64,000 nt of DNA from Octopus sinensis (GCF_006345805.1 NC_042998.1:152272001-152336000); one strand, 5' to 3'; counted from the first letter of the stretch, positions 25,101 to 36,900 are shown. Notes: generated by a model from the sequence alone, not told the origin. Program-made: numbers and translations.

Positions 25101-25629
25101 TATTGATATGTGAAGAAAAAGAAGGAAAGAGTTGTGGTATTTATGTAAAAGAGAACTGTGTAATGAACACTGTTTATGTTGTTGATGGTTATAAAAAAGG
25201 CTAAAAAGAACAGTGCTAAAGAAATGAGACAGTGAAAAGAATCGATGTATCGAAATGTAAAAGAACTCTGAACTTATTTGTCTATGAACATTGTATATGC
25301 CTTTAATGTGATTTGAAACAGAACTGTTGTCTCCGGACTGTATGATGTATTGATTTGTTGTTTAATTCGACGTGTACTCTTTAAATGCTGTTGTTATTGC
25401 ATTTGATGTGTTGTTACTTGCATGTCCTCTTTTGATGTATCTGATATGTAATTGATGTTGTAACAATTGTAATGATTGTCATAAACTAGTACGTTAAATG
25501 TGTGCCTTGCCTCTGTGTCTCTTCTTCCTGTGGCGGCTGTTGTTGTAGTTGTTGTCTCTCTCTCTCCTCTCCGAGTTTCCGTGGCGAGCTTTCGCTGATC
25601 GGGCGAGCGACGCCAGGTGGTCCGTAACA
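22141..25629 (+). mobile_element. Complete non-autonomous gypsy-derived LTR retrotransposon, 3489 bp, ATAT target duplication
   Basis: TG..CA LTRs at 22141-23063 and 24716-25629, nearly identical (one 13-bp indel plus a few substitutions); PBS TGGTGTCAGAAGT(T)GGGAT at 23066-23084, complementary to a tRNA-Leu 3' end; PPT AGGTAGGGGGAAG at 24703-24715. Confidence 0.95.
23065..24708 (+). CDS. 547-codon internal ORF of the LTR element: low-complexity N-terminus plus degenerate gypsy RT fragments
   Basis: GRTNLAECFINQG, PWSSAII..DGTARCYVGYRAL and VKDWPDP..RDLRNFLGRCAYCRR resemble gypsy RT N- and C-terminal motifs; no YxDD, RNaseH or integrase. Confidence 0.55.
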   Translation: MVSEVGIFLIAALDRLFAMDSSGSQTGGEEISLALIIEMLRGQMTQRNTFLERMDKRRQGLWADREEPEVMDGSALEDRCWTGDSDGPVGGDCPSNEASNEMDNEGSGPEKPCDMELVEVEKTEKPAECVMADAVVPCLEPLASRPLSLGARDEELAKSGSDIAGSEVPALCVMVAAGDVPCARPLVSGPLSLGAQKDCMVPNVERPQAWKDWRPSVRVVKPSVQKLVRKRTKPGDEARRLRTVVGLPRPGRLLQRWVSFVVDGCFGPVEPDRQCIVKAQLRVGWTLVEAEAGRALAGSADLLEVAQAICRGQIEESCQMANQWRVQFCRYGNAVEGDGGPPMRLRRRSARSRRCLVGTRMLVKSAGRWSRGVSDVGRTNLAECFINQGGRRLRKQRGRGMVPVQQRKRRYRRQGTVERRNGPWSSAIIARNGDGTARCYVGYRALRKVATVKDWPDPACVRDLRNFLGRCAYCRRLVGSLAALAEVLPKAQREDANLWPVVKWWPWEARSPEEKPPKGTSSSWNICWSSPSEVRIWCTFVGSTKLR

Positions 25630-25859
25630 ATATATATATGCATGTATATAAATATATATACGTATATTTATATATATACGTATATATATACGTATATATA
25701 TGTGTGTGTATGTATATGAATATGTGTATATATATGTAATATATATGTATATATATGTATTATATATACGTATGTACATATATGTGTATATATGGATGTA
25801 TATATATATGTGTGTGTATATATGTATGTGTATAAATAAATGTATATACATGTATATAT

Positions 25860-26385
25860 GGCGCAGGAGCAATATGCGTAGAAGTGGCTGTGTTGTAAGT
25901 AGCTTGCGTACTTTTTGACATCCCTGCGGATGCTCGTGATTTTGCAAGCATGCCTTTGGAGGGGAGAAAATTTTTGTTTCTCCCTACTTATGGCGTTAAA
26001 CACTTGACAAGAGCCTGGGTGTGTTGGCTGCCACCCGGTATAGAGGCCGAGTGGATAGAAGACACTATCCATCGAGGTCTGGATGGCGGCCCTGCCAAGC
26101 TCTTAAATGTAAAAATGTTGCCTGCGGTTGATTGGGTCGGGTCAAAAGCAATTATATATATGGAAGCCCGTCGTATATTTATATGTGTTTGTGTGTCTGA
26201 GTTTGTTCTTCCAGCATCGCTTGACAATAGATGCTGGTATGTTTATGTCCCCGTAATTTAGCGGATGGACAAAAGAGACCGATAGAATAAGTACTAGGCT
26301 TACAAAGAATAAGTCCTGGGTTCGATTGGCTCGACTAAAGGCGGTGCTCAAGCATGGACGCAGTCAAATGACTGAAACAAATAAT
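25860..26385 (+). mobile_element. Chimeric SINE family B copy: head, about 250 bp of foreign sequence, then body and tail
   Basis: Head at 25860-25910 and body at 26162-26382 match the 9637 copy; the middle does not. Confidence 0.75.
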
Positions 26386-28038
26386 CTATGTATGCGCATA
26401 TTTTGCAATACAAGCATTGAAATCAGTAGATGTGATTCAAACTAATAGATAATGAAAGAAAATTTTTAAAATTGAAGAGGAATGTTGTGTTTACATTAAA
26501 GGAAGGTAGAGGGAAGAAGAAGCAGTGAAGAAAGAAAAGAAGAGAAAAGAAAATGGAGATTAACCAGAGACACAGGAGGACTTTAAGTGAAGAACTAGCC
26601 TAAAATTCAAAAGTTTGATATAGTCTATAAAGAAACATAGGACGAGAATGAGAGTGTGGGGAGCATTTATGTGTGCCTCTGTGTATGTGTGTGTGTGTGT
26701 GTGTGTGTGCACGCGCAGCCTGTGTGTCTGTGTTCGCATGAAACAACACACGGTGAATAAAACTTACACATGCATTTAAGTTTGAACTTGAACATCAATC
26801 TCCCCGACCGGTGAAGATCTGTTAAAGATCGTTAGCACATTCCCTACTCTTTATGACTTTCTCCGTTCACGTGTTGTTGATTCACGACTGAATGAAGTCT
26901 TAGCTTGTCGTTAATTTACCTTGAGGTTTCTAGACCGACTTTCTGTACTTTTCTGAAACGTTAAATAATTCCATCTACTCATGACAATGATTCAACGAGG
27001 GAGAACTTTATGGTCAGTCGATATTTCCTCGATTAGCACCCTACCGTCATTAAAAATATGAATGACATATTAAACACTGAATTCTTAAGTAGAGGTAGCT
27101 ACATAATAGGACTTCTCGTTCAGCACTGATTTGGTTATAAGCAACATCTAGAATCTTTTATTTTTATACAGGTTCCATTTCATTAGCTCTAACCATGTTG
27201 GAGCACTACTATAAAAATAAGTTTGTAACAGTTCTTCTGTCAGGTAGTAAACTGGGAGCAGTTAGTAGCTTACTGGCGAGAATCAGCCGAAATAAAGATG
27301 CCGAAAAGAGAATTTCTAGTCCAACACCGTCACTAGTCAACCATTGTCACATTAGCTGAATATTTGTTTTGTTATAAATTGTCCTCCTGGATTATATTCC
27401 TGACAAAGATTACTGCAGTTAGTCACCATTAATTCTAGTTATCAAGCTATCATCCTGATGGGTGAAAAGAAAGACAGATAAACAGATTGACGGACGGACA
27501 GAGACGAATAGATCGAAAGAAAGTTAGAGAGCGGAAGATAGTGAGAGACAGACAGATAGATATTCAGACAGACAGATAAATAAACAGACACACTGTTGAA
27601 AAGACAGATAGAGTGATAGAAGGAGCGATAGAGAGAAAGAACGAGAGCAGGCCGGCAGAGAGACAATCACGTCAAACACCTATATCGATACACATACAAA
27701 TGCAGAAACAGATATGCGAATAACTATCGCTCAATTTTCCTCCAATTCTCAGTATCCCTCCATCTCTACTAGTCTCTCTCTCCTTCGTCCGTCACTACAC
27801 ATCTCAATTTCCCTTATCTATGCTAGTTCCACCTCTATACATCCGACATATTTTTGTTGGAATTGTCGATAGGTAGGATAGGGTGTGAGTGGTGGTGAGA
27901 TGTGGTGTGGTGGGGGTGAGTGGTGGGGGGTGCGTGGTTATTATTTCTGCCATGGTTTCAAAAATCTGTCGAGATCAAACGGAAATAATTAGTAATCATT
28001 GAGTTCGAAAATCTTGTTTATATTTTTATTTTCATTTC

Positions 28039-28121
<83 letters not shown>

Positions 28122-28123
<2 letters not shown>

Positions 28124-28667
28124 GAGTGAGAGAGCAGTGCATGCCATCAAAGTGACACTGGGGTAAAATATACGAAGCCCAGTATACCCATCATGACTAC
28201 CCGTTAGATAAGGATACACTAGGCACATGCATCACAACCATATGTGCGCGACATGGTGATCTCATATCAAGATAAACAGCACATGACCTTGCAGGTGGGG
28301 CCCGGTTAGAATTTTCTTCAGATCGAGTAGCCCATCCTACTCAAAAGGTCCCTGAATAAGTGTTGTTTAAGGATGTTGAATGAAACACCCATGTTTCCAG
28401 AGGTGAATTATTCAAACCCCAAAGAATCCCTCTCAACACATGGCTATGATGCTCCCCCACTACTTCTGCTCGTGATCAGAGATGCACTTATCGTCAGCCA
28501 CTGAGGGACATGCTCAACTGGTTAAGGTCAAACAACTGACAAGCAAATCTGTGGTATTGAGCAGAATATTTGCTGTAGCCCATCACAAAACAACGTACAT
28601 GATAACACTTTCAATCAGTTAAGATCAGAAGCCATGAGAGCCACTGCCTGGTACTGCATCAGGGCAT
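28122..28667 (-). mobile_element. About 560-bp non-coding retroelement (family T) ending in (TAA)n
   Basis: Minus strand starts ATGCCCTGATGCAGTACCAGGCAGTGG and ends CTCTCACTCAA(TAA)n; 8 copies or fragments in the window. Confidence 0.85.
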
Positions 28668-28700
28668 GGTACTGCATCAGGGTATATAATTATTATTATT

Positions 28701-28736
<36 letters not shown>

Positions 28737-28737
28737 A

Positions 28738-28808
28738 TACGTTTGACTTTTGCTTTACATTTACGCAAGCTGGCTCCAAGTCTCACCCAGAGACCTCACC
28801 CAGAGACC
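28738..28808 (-). mobile_element. Very short R4/Dong-like 3' end with (AAC)n/(AAT)n tail
   Basis: GAGGTCTCTGGGTGAGACTTGGAGCCAGCTTG..AAAGCAAAAGTCAAAC matches the 3' UTR at 19330-19385. Confidence 0.8.
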
Positions 28809-29148
28809 AGCTAGAATTTTTTCAGCTCGAGTAACCCATCCCGCGCAAAATATCCCTAAATAAGAATTGTTTAAAGATGATGAACGAAATACTTATGTTT
28901 CCAAGGATGAAATATTCGAACCCCAAAGAATCCTCTCCTTGTGATCAGAAACGCATATATAGTCGGCCACAAAGGAACATGTTCAACTGGTCAGGGTCAA
29001 GCAATTGATAAGCAAATCTGAGACATTGAGCAGAATATTTGCTGTAGCCCATCTTTTACACCAAGTCAAAACATATACATGCTAACACTTTCAATCAATT
29101 AAGATTAAAAGGCATGTGAGACACTGCCTGCTACTGCACCAGGGCATT
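28808..29148 (-). mobile_element. Family T element, 5' portion only
   Basis: Aligns with 28300-28667. Confidence 0.8.
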
Positions 29149-29157
29149 ATGGAATAT

Positions 29158-29325
29158 GGCGGGCTGGCAGAATCGTTAGTACACGGCATTTCCTCCGGCC
29201 TTTTGCCCTTTGCCCTTTTGGTGTCAATAAAGTAAGTACCAGTCAAGCATTGGGATTGATGAAATCGACTAAACTCCTCCCACAAAATTTCACACCTTGT
29301 ACCTATAATGGAAAGGATTATTATT
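29158..29325 (+). mobile_element. SINE family C (GGCGG..GCTGGCAGAATCGTTAG head), internally deleted
   Basis: Shares head and tail with the 30691, 45291 and 51871 copies; ends GAAAGG(ATT)n. Confidence 0.75.
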
Positions 29326-29345
29326 CCTTCGTAACACTGTTATAA

Positions 29346-29704
29346 TTATTACCTCCGCCTTAGCGAAGGCAGAGGTATTGTTTTCAGTCGTGTTTGTATG
29401 TTCATTTCTTTCTTTGTCAGTGGACAAGATATCTCAAGAACCGCCGGATGAATTCGGATAAATCTTTCAGGAATGTTTGGCCTCGTGACTGGCACGAACT
29501 ATTAGATTTTGGGATCTGGAGAAGAATTCTGGATTGTTTTCTTCTTTCTTTACTTAATTTTTTAGAGCAGTCGGGTTTATTTTTAGTATACTCGTTTGTG
29601 GGAGCAATCGAATTTGTTTCAGATATTCTCATTTTAAAAATCATCTCTGGATAATCGTTGGGGGACGTTGGTGCCTTGGCGGAGGTTTGCGCTCTCTGAG
29701 TGCT
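29346..29704 (+). mobile_element. Helentron-type non-autonomous element (HINE/DINE-1-like)
   Basis: 5' subterminal ACCTCCGCC(TT)AG (29351), 3' CCTTGGCGGAGGT (29674-29686), 3' hairpin GCGCTCTCTGAGTGC (29689-29703), T-rich ends, no TSD. Confidence 0.8.
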
Positions 29705-29720
29705 ATTATTATTATTATTA

Positions 29721-29775
<55 letters not shown>

Positions 29776-29843
29776 GTGAAACATCACAGCTTATTTTGCT
29801 GGAAAGTGCCAGCTGTCCACAGCCAGCAGACTAAGGTGACACA

Positions 29844-29935
<92 letters not shown>

Positions 29936-29976
29936 CCACCATCATCATCATCACCGTCATTATCATCATTATCATC

Positions 29977-30685
29977 ATAGACGCCGCACAGTATTCAATA
30001 TCGTGAGGTTGTTGATTGAAGATATTGTGTCTACCGGTCACCACAAGGATCTCAGGCAGACAGTATTTTACGCAATGCGCATGCAGTTCCAAGTAATGCC
30101 GACTTTTGCAATACACTGAGATTGTAGGGTATTTCTAAGGTTTTCAGGGGGTTTTTTTTCAGATTGGGTGGTATCGAACCCAATGCTCCGATGACAATAG
30201 GGATAACCTTTTATGTTTGACTCTCGTAGCTGACACATCAATTCTCAGGTCTCCATATTTATCAATCTTTTCTCTTTCTTTCATGGCGATATGTTGATCT
30301 CCTGTCACGGTCACGTCAATTATTTGGCACTCTTGTTTGTCCCTCCTAAAGGTTACTATATCCGGCCCTCGGTGCTCTAACATCTTGTCTGTCTGGAAAT
30401 CAAAGTCCCAGAAGATTCTTGCCTTCCCTTTTTCGTTCATTACCCTATCCGGTGTATGTTGGTACCAAGCACCTGTAAATTCATATCCATACTTCCGGCA
30501 TAGTAGCCAGTGGAGGTTTTGGGCTACCTTGTCGTGTTTACACTTGTACTCTTTCTGCGCAAGTCTTCCACAAGCACTAACAATTTGAGTCACGCTTTCG
30601 ACCCTCTTCTCACATATTCTGTAGAGGTCTGTTGCACTTGTGTGGTATATATTCTTTTTCACTGAGTTGGTATTCAATGCCTGGT
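29977..30685 (-). mobile_element. R4/Dong-like RLE LINE, 3' fragment (zinc knuckle plus PD-(D/E)xK region) with (ATG)n/(ATA)n tail
   Basis: ORF 30159-30677 ESVTQIVSACGRLAQKEYKCKHDKVAQ..WDFDFQTDKMLEHRGPDIV..IIDVTV..EKIDKY; same subfamily as 38920-39950. Confidence 0.9.
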
Positions 30686-30690
30686 CTTGG

Positions 30691-30875
30691 GCTTAGCGGT
30701 ATTTCGCCCGTCCTTGCTTTCTGAATTCAAATTCCGTCGTGATCGACTTTGCCTTTCATCCTTACTTATAAATTAAGTACCAATGAAACACTGGGATCAA
30801 TGTAATCGACTAGTCCTCTTTCAACAAATTCTAGGCCTTGTGCCTTTAGTAGAAAGGATTATTATTATTATTATT
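30691..30875 (+). mobile_element. SINE family C, 5'-truncated
   Basis: TTCTGAATTCAAATTCCG..GACTTTGCCTTTCATCC..GAAAGGATTATT. Confidence 0.8.
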
Positions 30876-30876
30876 A

Positions 30877-30982
30877 TTGAGTGAGAGAGCAGTTCATGCC
30901 ATCAAAGTGACACTGGGGTAAAATATACGAAGCCCAATATACCCATCATGACTACCCGTCTGATAAAGGTACACCAGGGACA

Positions 30983-30983
<1 letters not shown>
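30877..30983 (-). mobile_element. Family T element, 3' end only
   Basis: TGAGTGAGAGAGCAGT..ACCCATCATGACTACCCGTCTGATAA. Confidence 0.85.
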
Positions 30984-31045
<62 letters not shown>

Positions 31046-31834
31046 GAAGAAGAAGAAGAAGAAGAAGAAAAGGAGGAGAAGGAGAAGACGAAGGAGAAGA
31101 GGAGGAGGAAGAGAAGACGAAGGAGAAGAAGAAGAAGAAGAAGAAGAAGAAGAAGAAGAAGAAGAAGAAGAAGAAGAAGAAGAAGAAGAAGAGCATGGAC
31201 GTGTGACAGCGAGCTGCTAGGAAGATAAATCAAATCTGAAACCATCACGAAGCAGAAATTAAGACGCCAATCCTTGGCACGCTCACTTTCTTCTCCCCTC
31301 CTTAATTCCTTCTTTCTCTCTCTTTGATGCCTTTGTCCCTCTTTTTCTCTCTGTCTTTGGTTCCTTTGCCCCTTTTTCTCTCTCTTCTCTTCTCACGTGA
31401 CCGCCGGTCAACTAGCCTTTCGGCTTCTGACCACCGCCACGACAACATCGATTTCTTCGTCTGCCGTAAGGCATTATTTTCCAAATACGGCAGCTAAGCT
31501 AAGTTGAACTGTCTAAAGTCGAAAGGCACCTGTTGTTTTTGTCCTGTTATTATTATTATTGTTTTTGTATTTATATTCGTGTGGCATCGTCCGTTTTTCT
31601 GTCCTTGTTTCGTATACATTCGATCCTTTTTCCAAGAAATCTAATGCTCGTAGCTTAGTTTTTCCTTGGGGCTGGCCGGATCGGAGCGATCTCAAGATTA
31701 ATCAGCCGAAATTGCGAGGATGATCCGGTTCTTGATTGAAGATTAGAGGCTTCGAATGACCCGTCCGTTTTTTTTGTGTCGTCTATTTGAATGTTTTGCG
31801 TTCTTGTCCCATTTTGTATGTTTATATATATTTT

Positions 31835-31913
<79 letters not shown>

Positions 31914-31915
<2 letters not shown>

Positions 31916-33044
31916 GGGCCCCAACTATGCGAACCTGTTCGTTGGCTATGTTGAGGCCCAAATATTCTCTAATTTCACTGGTCCCACTCCTGAACTATAT
32001 GGTCGTTATATTGACGACATTATCGGTGCCACCTCACTCTCCCGCGAACATCTAGATTCCTTCCTCTCTTTCGTCCAATCTTTCCACCCAGCCCTCCACT
32101 TCACTTCCACTATCTCCAACACCTCTGTCTCCTTCCTCGACATTTCGGTTAGCATTCTTCACTCCACTCTTACCACCTCCATTCACTACAAACACACAGA
32201 CTCACACTCATACCTCAACTTCTCTTCCTCCCACCCAGAACACACCAAGCTTTCCATCCCCTATTCCCAATTCCTCCGTCTACGTAGGCTCTGTAGTGAC
32301 GACCATGACTTTGAGACTCAGTCTCAACGTATGGCTCACCACTTCACCCTACGTGGATACCCCCTCACCACTATCCACACCGCCCTTGCCAGAGCACGGT
32401 CCGTGGACCGTGTATCTGCTCTCTCTCCCCGAACCCGCCCTGTAGTCTCCCGCCTCCCTTTTCCCCTCACTTACCACCCCACGACCCTACGTCTCCAACG
32501 CACCATTCTTCGAGCTTTCCGTCATCTCCAGTCCGACCCGTCCACTTCACACCTCTTCCCTAACCGACCCCTCCCCTCTTTCAAACGAGCCCACAACCTT
32601 CGAGACCTTTTGGTCCATAGCTCCTTCCCTGACCCTACCTCCCAACCCGGCTCGTTCCCCTGCTCCCGCCCACGTTGCCGCACTTGCCCTTACCTCTCCA
32701 ACACCACCCGCCTCACTAGCACCCACCATCGACCCTATCCCATCATCCACTCCTTCACCTGCACCTCCAGCAATATTATCTATTGCATCTTTTGCTCTCT
32801 CTGCAATTCCTTGTACATCGGACAAACGGGACGCCGCTTGGCTGACCGGTTCGCGGAACACCTTCGTGACATCCACCTTGCGAACGACACACCGGTCTCA
32901 CGCCATTTCCGCTCCACCGGTCACTCCTTGCAACACCTATCTGTGTTCGGTTTGTCCTTACACAGAGGCCATCCGGATTCCCGTTTGCGCCGTGAACAGG
33001 AATTAATCTTCCCTCTTCGCTCTTATACGCCATTTGGTCTCAAC
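31914..33044 (+). CDS. PLE reverse transcriptase (C-terminal half) plus GIY-YIG endonuclease, no stops or frameshifts
   Basis: Real portion of ORF 31791-33398; the flanks of that ORF are (TA)n and C/T low-complexity read-through. Confidence 0.85.
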
Positions 33045-33669
33045 TCTCCCCCCTCCTCATCTAACACCCCTCTCCCCCCTCCTCATCTAACCCCATTCCC
33101 CCCTCCTCACCTATCCTTTCTCCCCCCGACCCCTACTTCTTCAGTCCTTCATCCTTTCACCCCTACTCCCCTTCCCTTCTTCCCTCTTTCTCCCTCCCTC
33201 TTCCCCTTCCCTCTGCTCCCTCACTCCCTCTCTCCCCCTCTCCCTCTTTCCTCCTTCATCCCCCTCCTCCCCTTCCTTCTCCCCATCCTCTCCTCTTCCC
33301 CCTTCTCCTCCCCCTCTCCTTCCCCTCCCCCTCTCCCCCCCCTCCCCCTCCTCCCCCTCTCCTCCCCCTCCCCCTCTTTTCCTCACTACACCACATGACT
33401 TTACACATCACATCACATATGATGTGCCATACTAATACACACACCAACTAATACATACTAATACGTACTAATACATACTAGTACATACTAATACTTACAC
33501 CAACCCTATACATACACACGTCCAGACCCCGCATACGCACTTATACTCTCTCACACACACACACACCTATACATACCAATACGTACTAATACATACTAAT
33601 ACATACTAATACATACACCAACCCCATACATACGCACGTCCAGACCAATCTTACGCACTAATACTCTCT

Positions 33670-33706
<37 letters not shown>

Positions 33707-33939
33707 ATACATACTAATACTTACACCAACCCTATACATACACACATCCAGACCCCTCCCACGCACTTTTAGCTGGTCCCTCAACCCTTTTATCAACCCT
33801 ATTATCTCCCCTTATTTCGCTCTCGCGTCTCATGTTTGATCTTTGACCTCTGGCCGAAATCAGATCGCCATGTTGATTCGTTAGCTACTGCACGCATTTT
33901 TTTTCTCTCCTTCTTTCTGTGTTTTTCTCTCTCTGTGTA

Positions 33940-33977
33940 TCTTTCTGTTGAAGAGCGTAGGCTCGAAACGTTAAAGA
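33940..33977 (+). ncRNA. Minimal hammerhead motif with A6U substitution
   Basis: tcttt CTGTTGA a gagc-gtag-gctc GAAA cg TT aaaga; same family as the intact 56639 copy. Confidence 0.65.
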
Positions 33978-34073
33978 CTTGTTTTATTTATATTTCCTGA
34001 GCGCCATACTAATACAATTGTTCGTTTGTTTTCCACCTGCCTTCGTCTTTTGTTTATTTTCATAAAGCTTCCG

Positions 34074-34141
<68 letters not shown>

Positions 34142-34166
34142 ATAACTTATAAACAAGGGTAAAATA

Positions 34167-34463
34167 AATTCTAATGCCAAATATGCCGAAAATAGACAAA
34201 TTGTCAATAACCATATAATTTATCACTATTAACCTTAGTGCTTGCTTTTTCCAGAGTATGAGTAAGTATTTCATTTATGTCTTACGTATTTATCGCTGAT
34301 GAGGAGAAAATTCTTATGAATTGACTCTGAAATTGGGACCAATACGGTAATAACGGAATTTTTTAGAAATTTCTGTCGGCTTACTTCGAGATGCATGTTA
34401 ATAGTGATAAACTATATGGTTATCGACAATTTGTCTATTTTCGGCATATTTGGCATTAGAATT
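34167..34463. repeat. Fold-back with 67-bp arms enclosing a hammerhead
   Basis: 34167-34233 is the reverse complement of 34397-34463. Confidence 0.9.
34290..34350 (+). ncRNA. Type I hammerhead ribozyme, intact core
   Basis: ttatcg CTGATGA ggag..ctct GAAA ttgg-ga-ccaa TA cggtaa; AUA site after 34344. Confidence 0.85.
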
Positions 34464-34586
34464 TTTTTTCTTTTGCCATTGTTTATACGTTGTTTATAAA
34501 TTTAACCTTTAAAGGTAACTTTTGATATGCTGGCCATTGCTAAAAATTTTTTCGAAAAATTTTATCCTATATTAAATATATATGTA

Positions 34587-34683
<97 letters not shown>

Positions 34684-35399
34684 GAAAAATATTTTCTCCC
34701 AGATGAACCGTTACAGCAGCATGTGCGTAAAAGTCTAAACACATTTCTATCCGAAAACTTCAAATCTATGAGCAAAAATTTTTTTTCTTACATTTTAACT
34801 ACATAAACATCTATTTCTATGAAAGACCTCTGTTTATATGCACATTGCTATTTCTTCTCGGATTCTCAATGATGCGTCAATAATAATTATAATGAGAACT
34901 ACGAAAGAAACATCAACACATGCTCATCGGTGGTGTTCAGTTAAAAAAGTAAACGCCGTAAAAACGGAATCCATAACAAAGCCAGCCAAAAAAGAGAAAG
35001 AACGGCGAACAGATAATCATAAATACTATGAAATAGATCATCTATGATTTACACACTATTATGCACCATCCCCCTCCCCCAAAAACATACAAGAATAAAC
35101 TCATACTGTAAATACTCAACAATATGAACAAAATACATATGTGCCATAGAAGGTCGATACCCGACAGAAGAACACAACCTGCGCTACACAAACAACACTC
35201 AACAACAAAATTTAATATAACAGAAGACTCAAACGAAACATACTAATACAATACTATATCCCCCCACTCGAAAAAAATGCAGCACAAAGGCGCTAGAAAT
35301 GAAGTAGTAGAAAGTTGCTTGAAACTTTCAGATGTTGAAAAACAATAGTGATGATGACGATTGTGACGAACGTTACCTTACCTCAGTTTATGGGAGACA

Positions 35400-35780
35400 G
35401 AGTCCCCTAAGAAAGTGTGGTTGTAACAGCCAAAATGAAGCTGGACCAGCAGTGGCTCAGTAAAGACGCTGACAGGCCACGAATGTTACCCTAATACAAC
35501 AACAGATAATAGAACAAGGAGGAGGAAGTGGACCAGTGAAGAAAACAGGACGGTGATGCAGTGCTACTTAAAAAGTGAACCTAAAAGAAGGGGCTATAGA
35601 AAACGGATGTTAACACTTTGGGCAGAGAAGGGTATGTTTAAAGTGACTAAGTAGAGATTAGTTGATCAAGCTAATGCTATTAGTAGAAGACAACGGATGA
35701 CAGAATTGGAGGTAAAAGAGATCACAAGAGAACTGGAAAAGAAAGACCAGGCAGTAGGAAAGGCAACACTATTCTGCCTT
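35400..35780 (+). mobile_element. R4/Dong-like LINE, 5' fragment (N-terminal Myb-like region)
   Basis: RRKWTSEENRTVMQCYLKSEPK..YRKRMLTLWAEKGMFKVT..RLVDQAN. Confidence 0.75.
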
Positions 35781-35879
35781 CAGAAAACCTAACTTTTGTG
35801 TCCAAAAATTCAACGCTAGTTTTTTGATAAAATAGACGTAAATTTTATGTTGGACGTAAAGCCATAGATTTTAGCATAA

Positions 35880-36900
35880 CAGTGATCCGAACCGTAACCA
35901 GAGTATTGGTTCATAGCCATGTAGGGATTTGAATGTCTTCAATAACTCTTTCTCGAATTTCGTCTAGAAGATAATAGCGAAATTAATTGCCATGGGGGTA
36001 CCCATGGCGCAACCCCTCGTCTGGTGGTAAAAGTTTTGTTCAAACTTCATTATGTTTCTTTGTGACACAAACCTCAATAATCTACAGAGAAAATTTAATG
36101 GAATACTTTTTTTACTATTTTTCAAAGGCATTCATAAAATGCTTCTGCCCCTTCATCATGGTCAATATTGGGATATAAGGAAGAAACACCGATGGTTACC
36201 AAAGAACAGTTTTCGACATTGCTTCGGTGCTTAAAAAACTTGTTAATTTTAGACACCAAATCAAAAATATCCCGAATATAGGAACTTGATCTTTTTGCAA
36301 CAGGGAGTAGAAAGCCATCCAATCATTGCGCAATACAACACTCTTATCCGCTGCAAACTGGGCGCATTGGAGGAAATCTTTCGGACTTTTTGTGTATTTT
36401 AGGGAAACTATAAAATACAGGTGTTCTTCCTGGCCGTAAAATCTTGGATTCGACCTTATTAATGAAATTGTTTTCATTATTGAACAGTAACAATAACAGT
36501 AGTTCGACAGAACTTGCCAAACATTTTGCTTCAAACGGCTGTAATTTTGAAAATTACTTGAAAGTTCATATTCTCAGAAAATATTCTGAATCTGCTACAC
36601 TTTCAACACACAAAATGCATATGGAGAAATATGCTTTCGGGTTATTAACATCACGCCCTGGAGGAATGAATAAAATGACAAGACAACTTCATCAAATTTA
36701 CACAAAACTGTTTGATTAAATAATCTCCTTTTTCATTTTCTTTTTCTTTCCTTTCTTTCTCTCTTTTTCTTGTCTTTTGTTTTCGTCAGTTATAAGATTG
36801 AAACTTAAAAACTGAAGATGTCATTCCATCAACGTGTGGACGCTGGTTGCTCTCGTTCATATTTTAGATTTGAATTTCTATATTTTTGAATTTTTATCAC
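35880..36900. mobile_element. PLE insertion with internal inversion: RT on minus (about 35880-36440), GIY-YIG C-terminus on plus (36444-36719)
   Basis: Minus: FYSFPKIHK..PMRPV, SYIRD, LVTIGVSSLYPNI, YHQTRGCAMG. Plus: TELAKHF..LKVHIL..E..GMN. Confidence 0.8.

Larger units (their letters stand above)
31914..34075 (+). mobile_element. 5'-truncated Penelope-like element (Neptune-like) with uninterrupted RT-GIY-YIG frame, CT-rich 3' region and pLTR
   Basis: MGPNYANLF, RYIDDI, FLD, HYKHTDSHSYL..SSHP, IPYSQFLR, PCSRPRCRTC, NIIYCI..LYIGQTGR..RFAEH, PFGLN; hammerhead-like motif at 33940. Confidence 0.93.

Noticed and set aside
26885-26970. CTGAATGA..GAAACGTT motif
   Set aside because: The core has an insertion and stem II is not adjacent to GAAA.
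31480-31540. Hammerhead-like GTCGAAAGGC upstream of the PLE
   Set aside because: There is no CUGANGA box.
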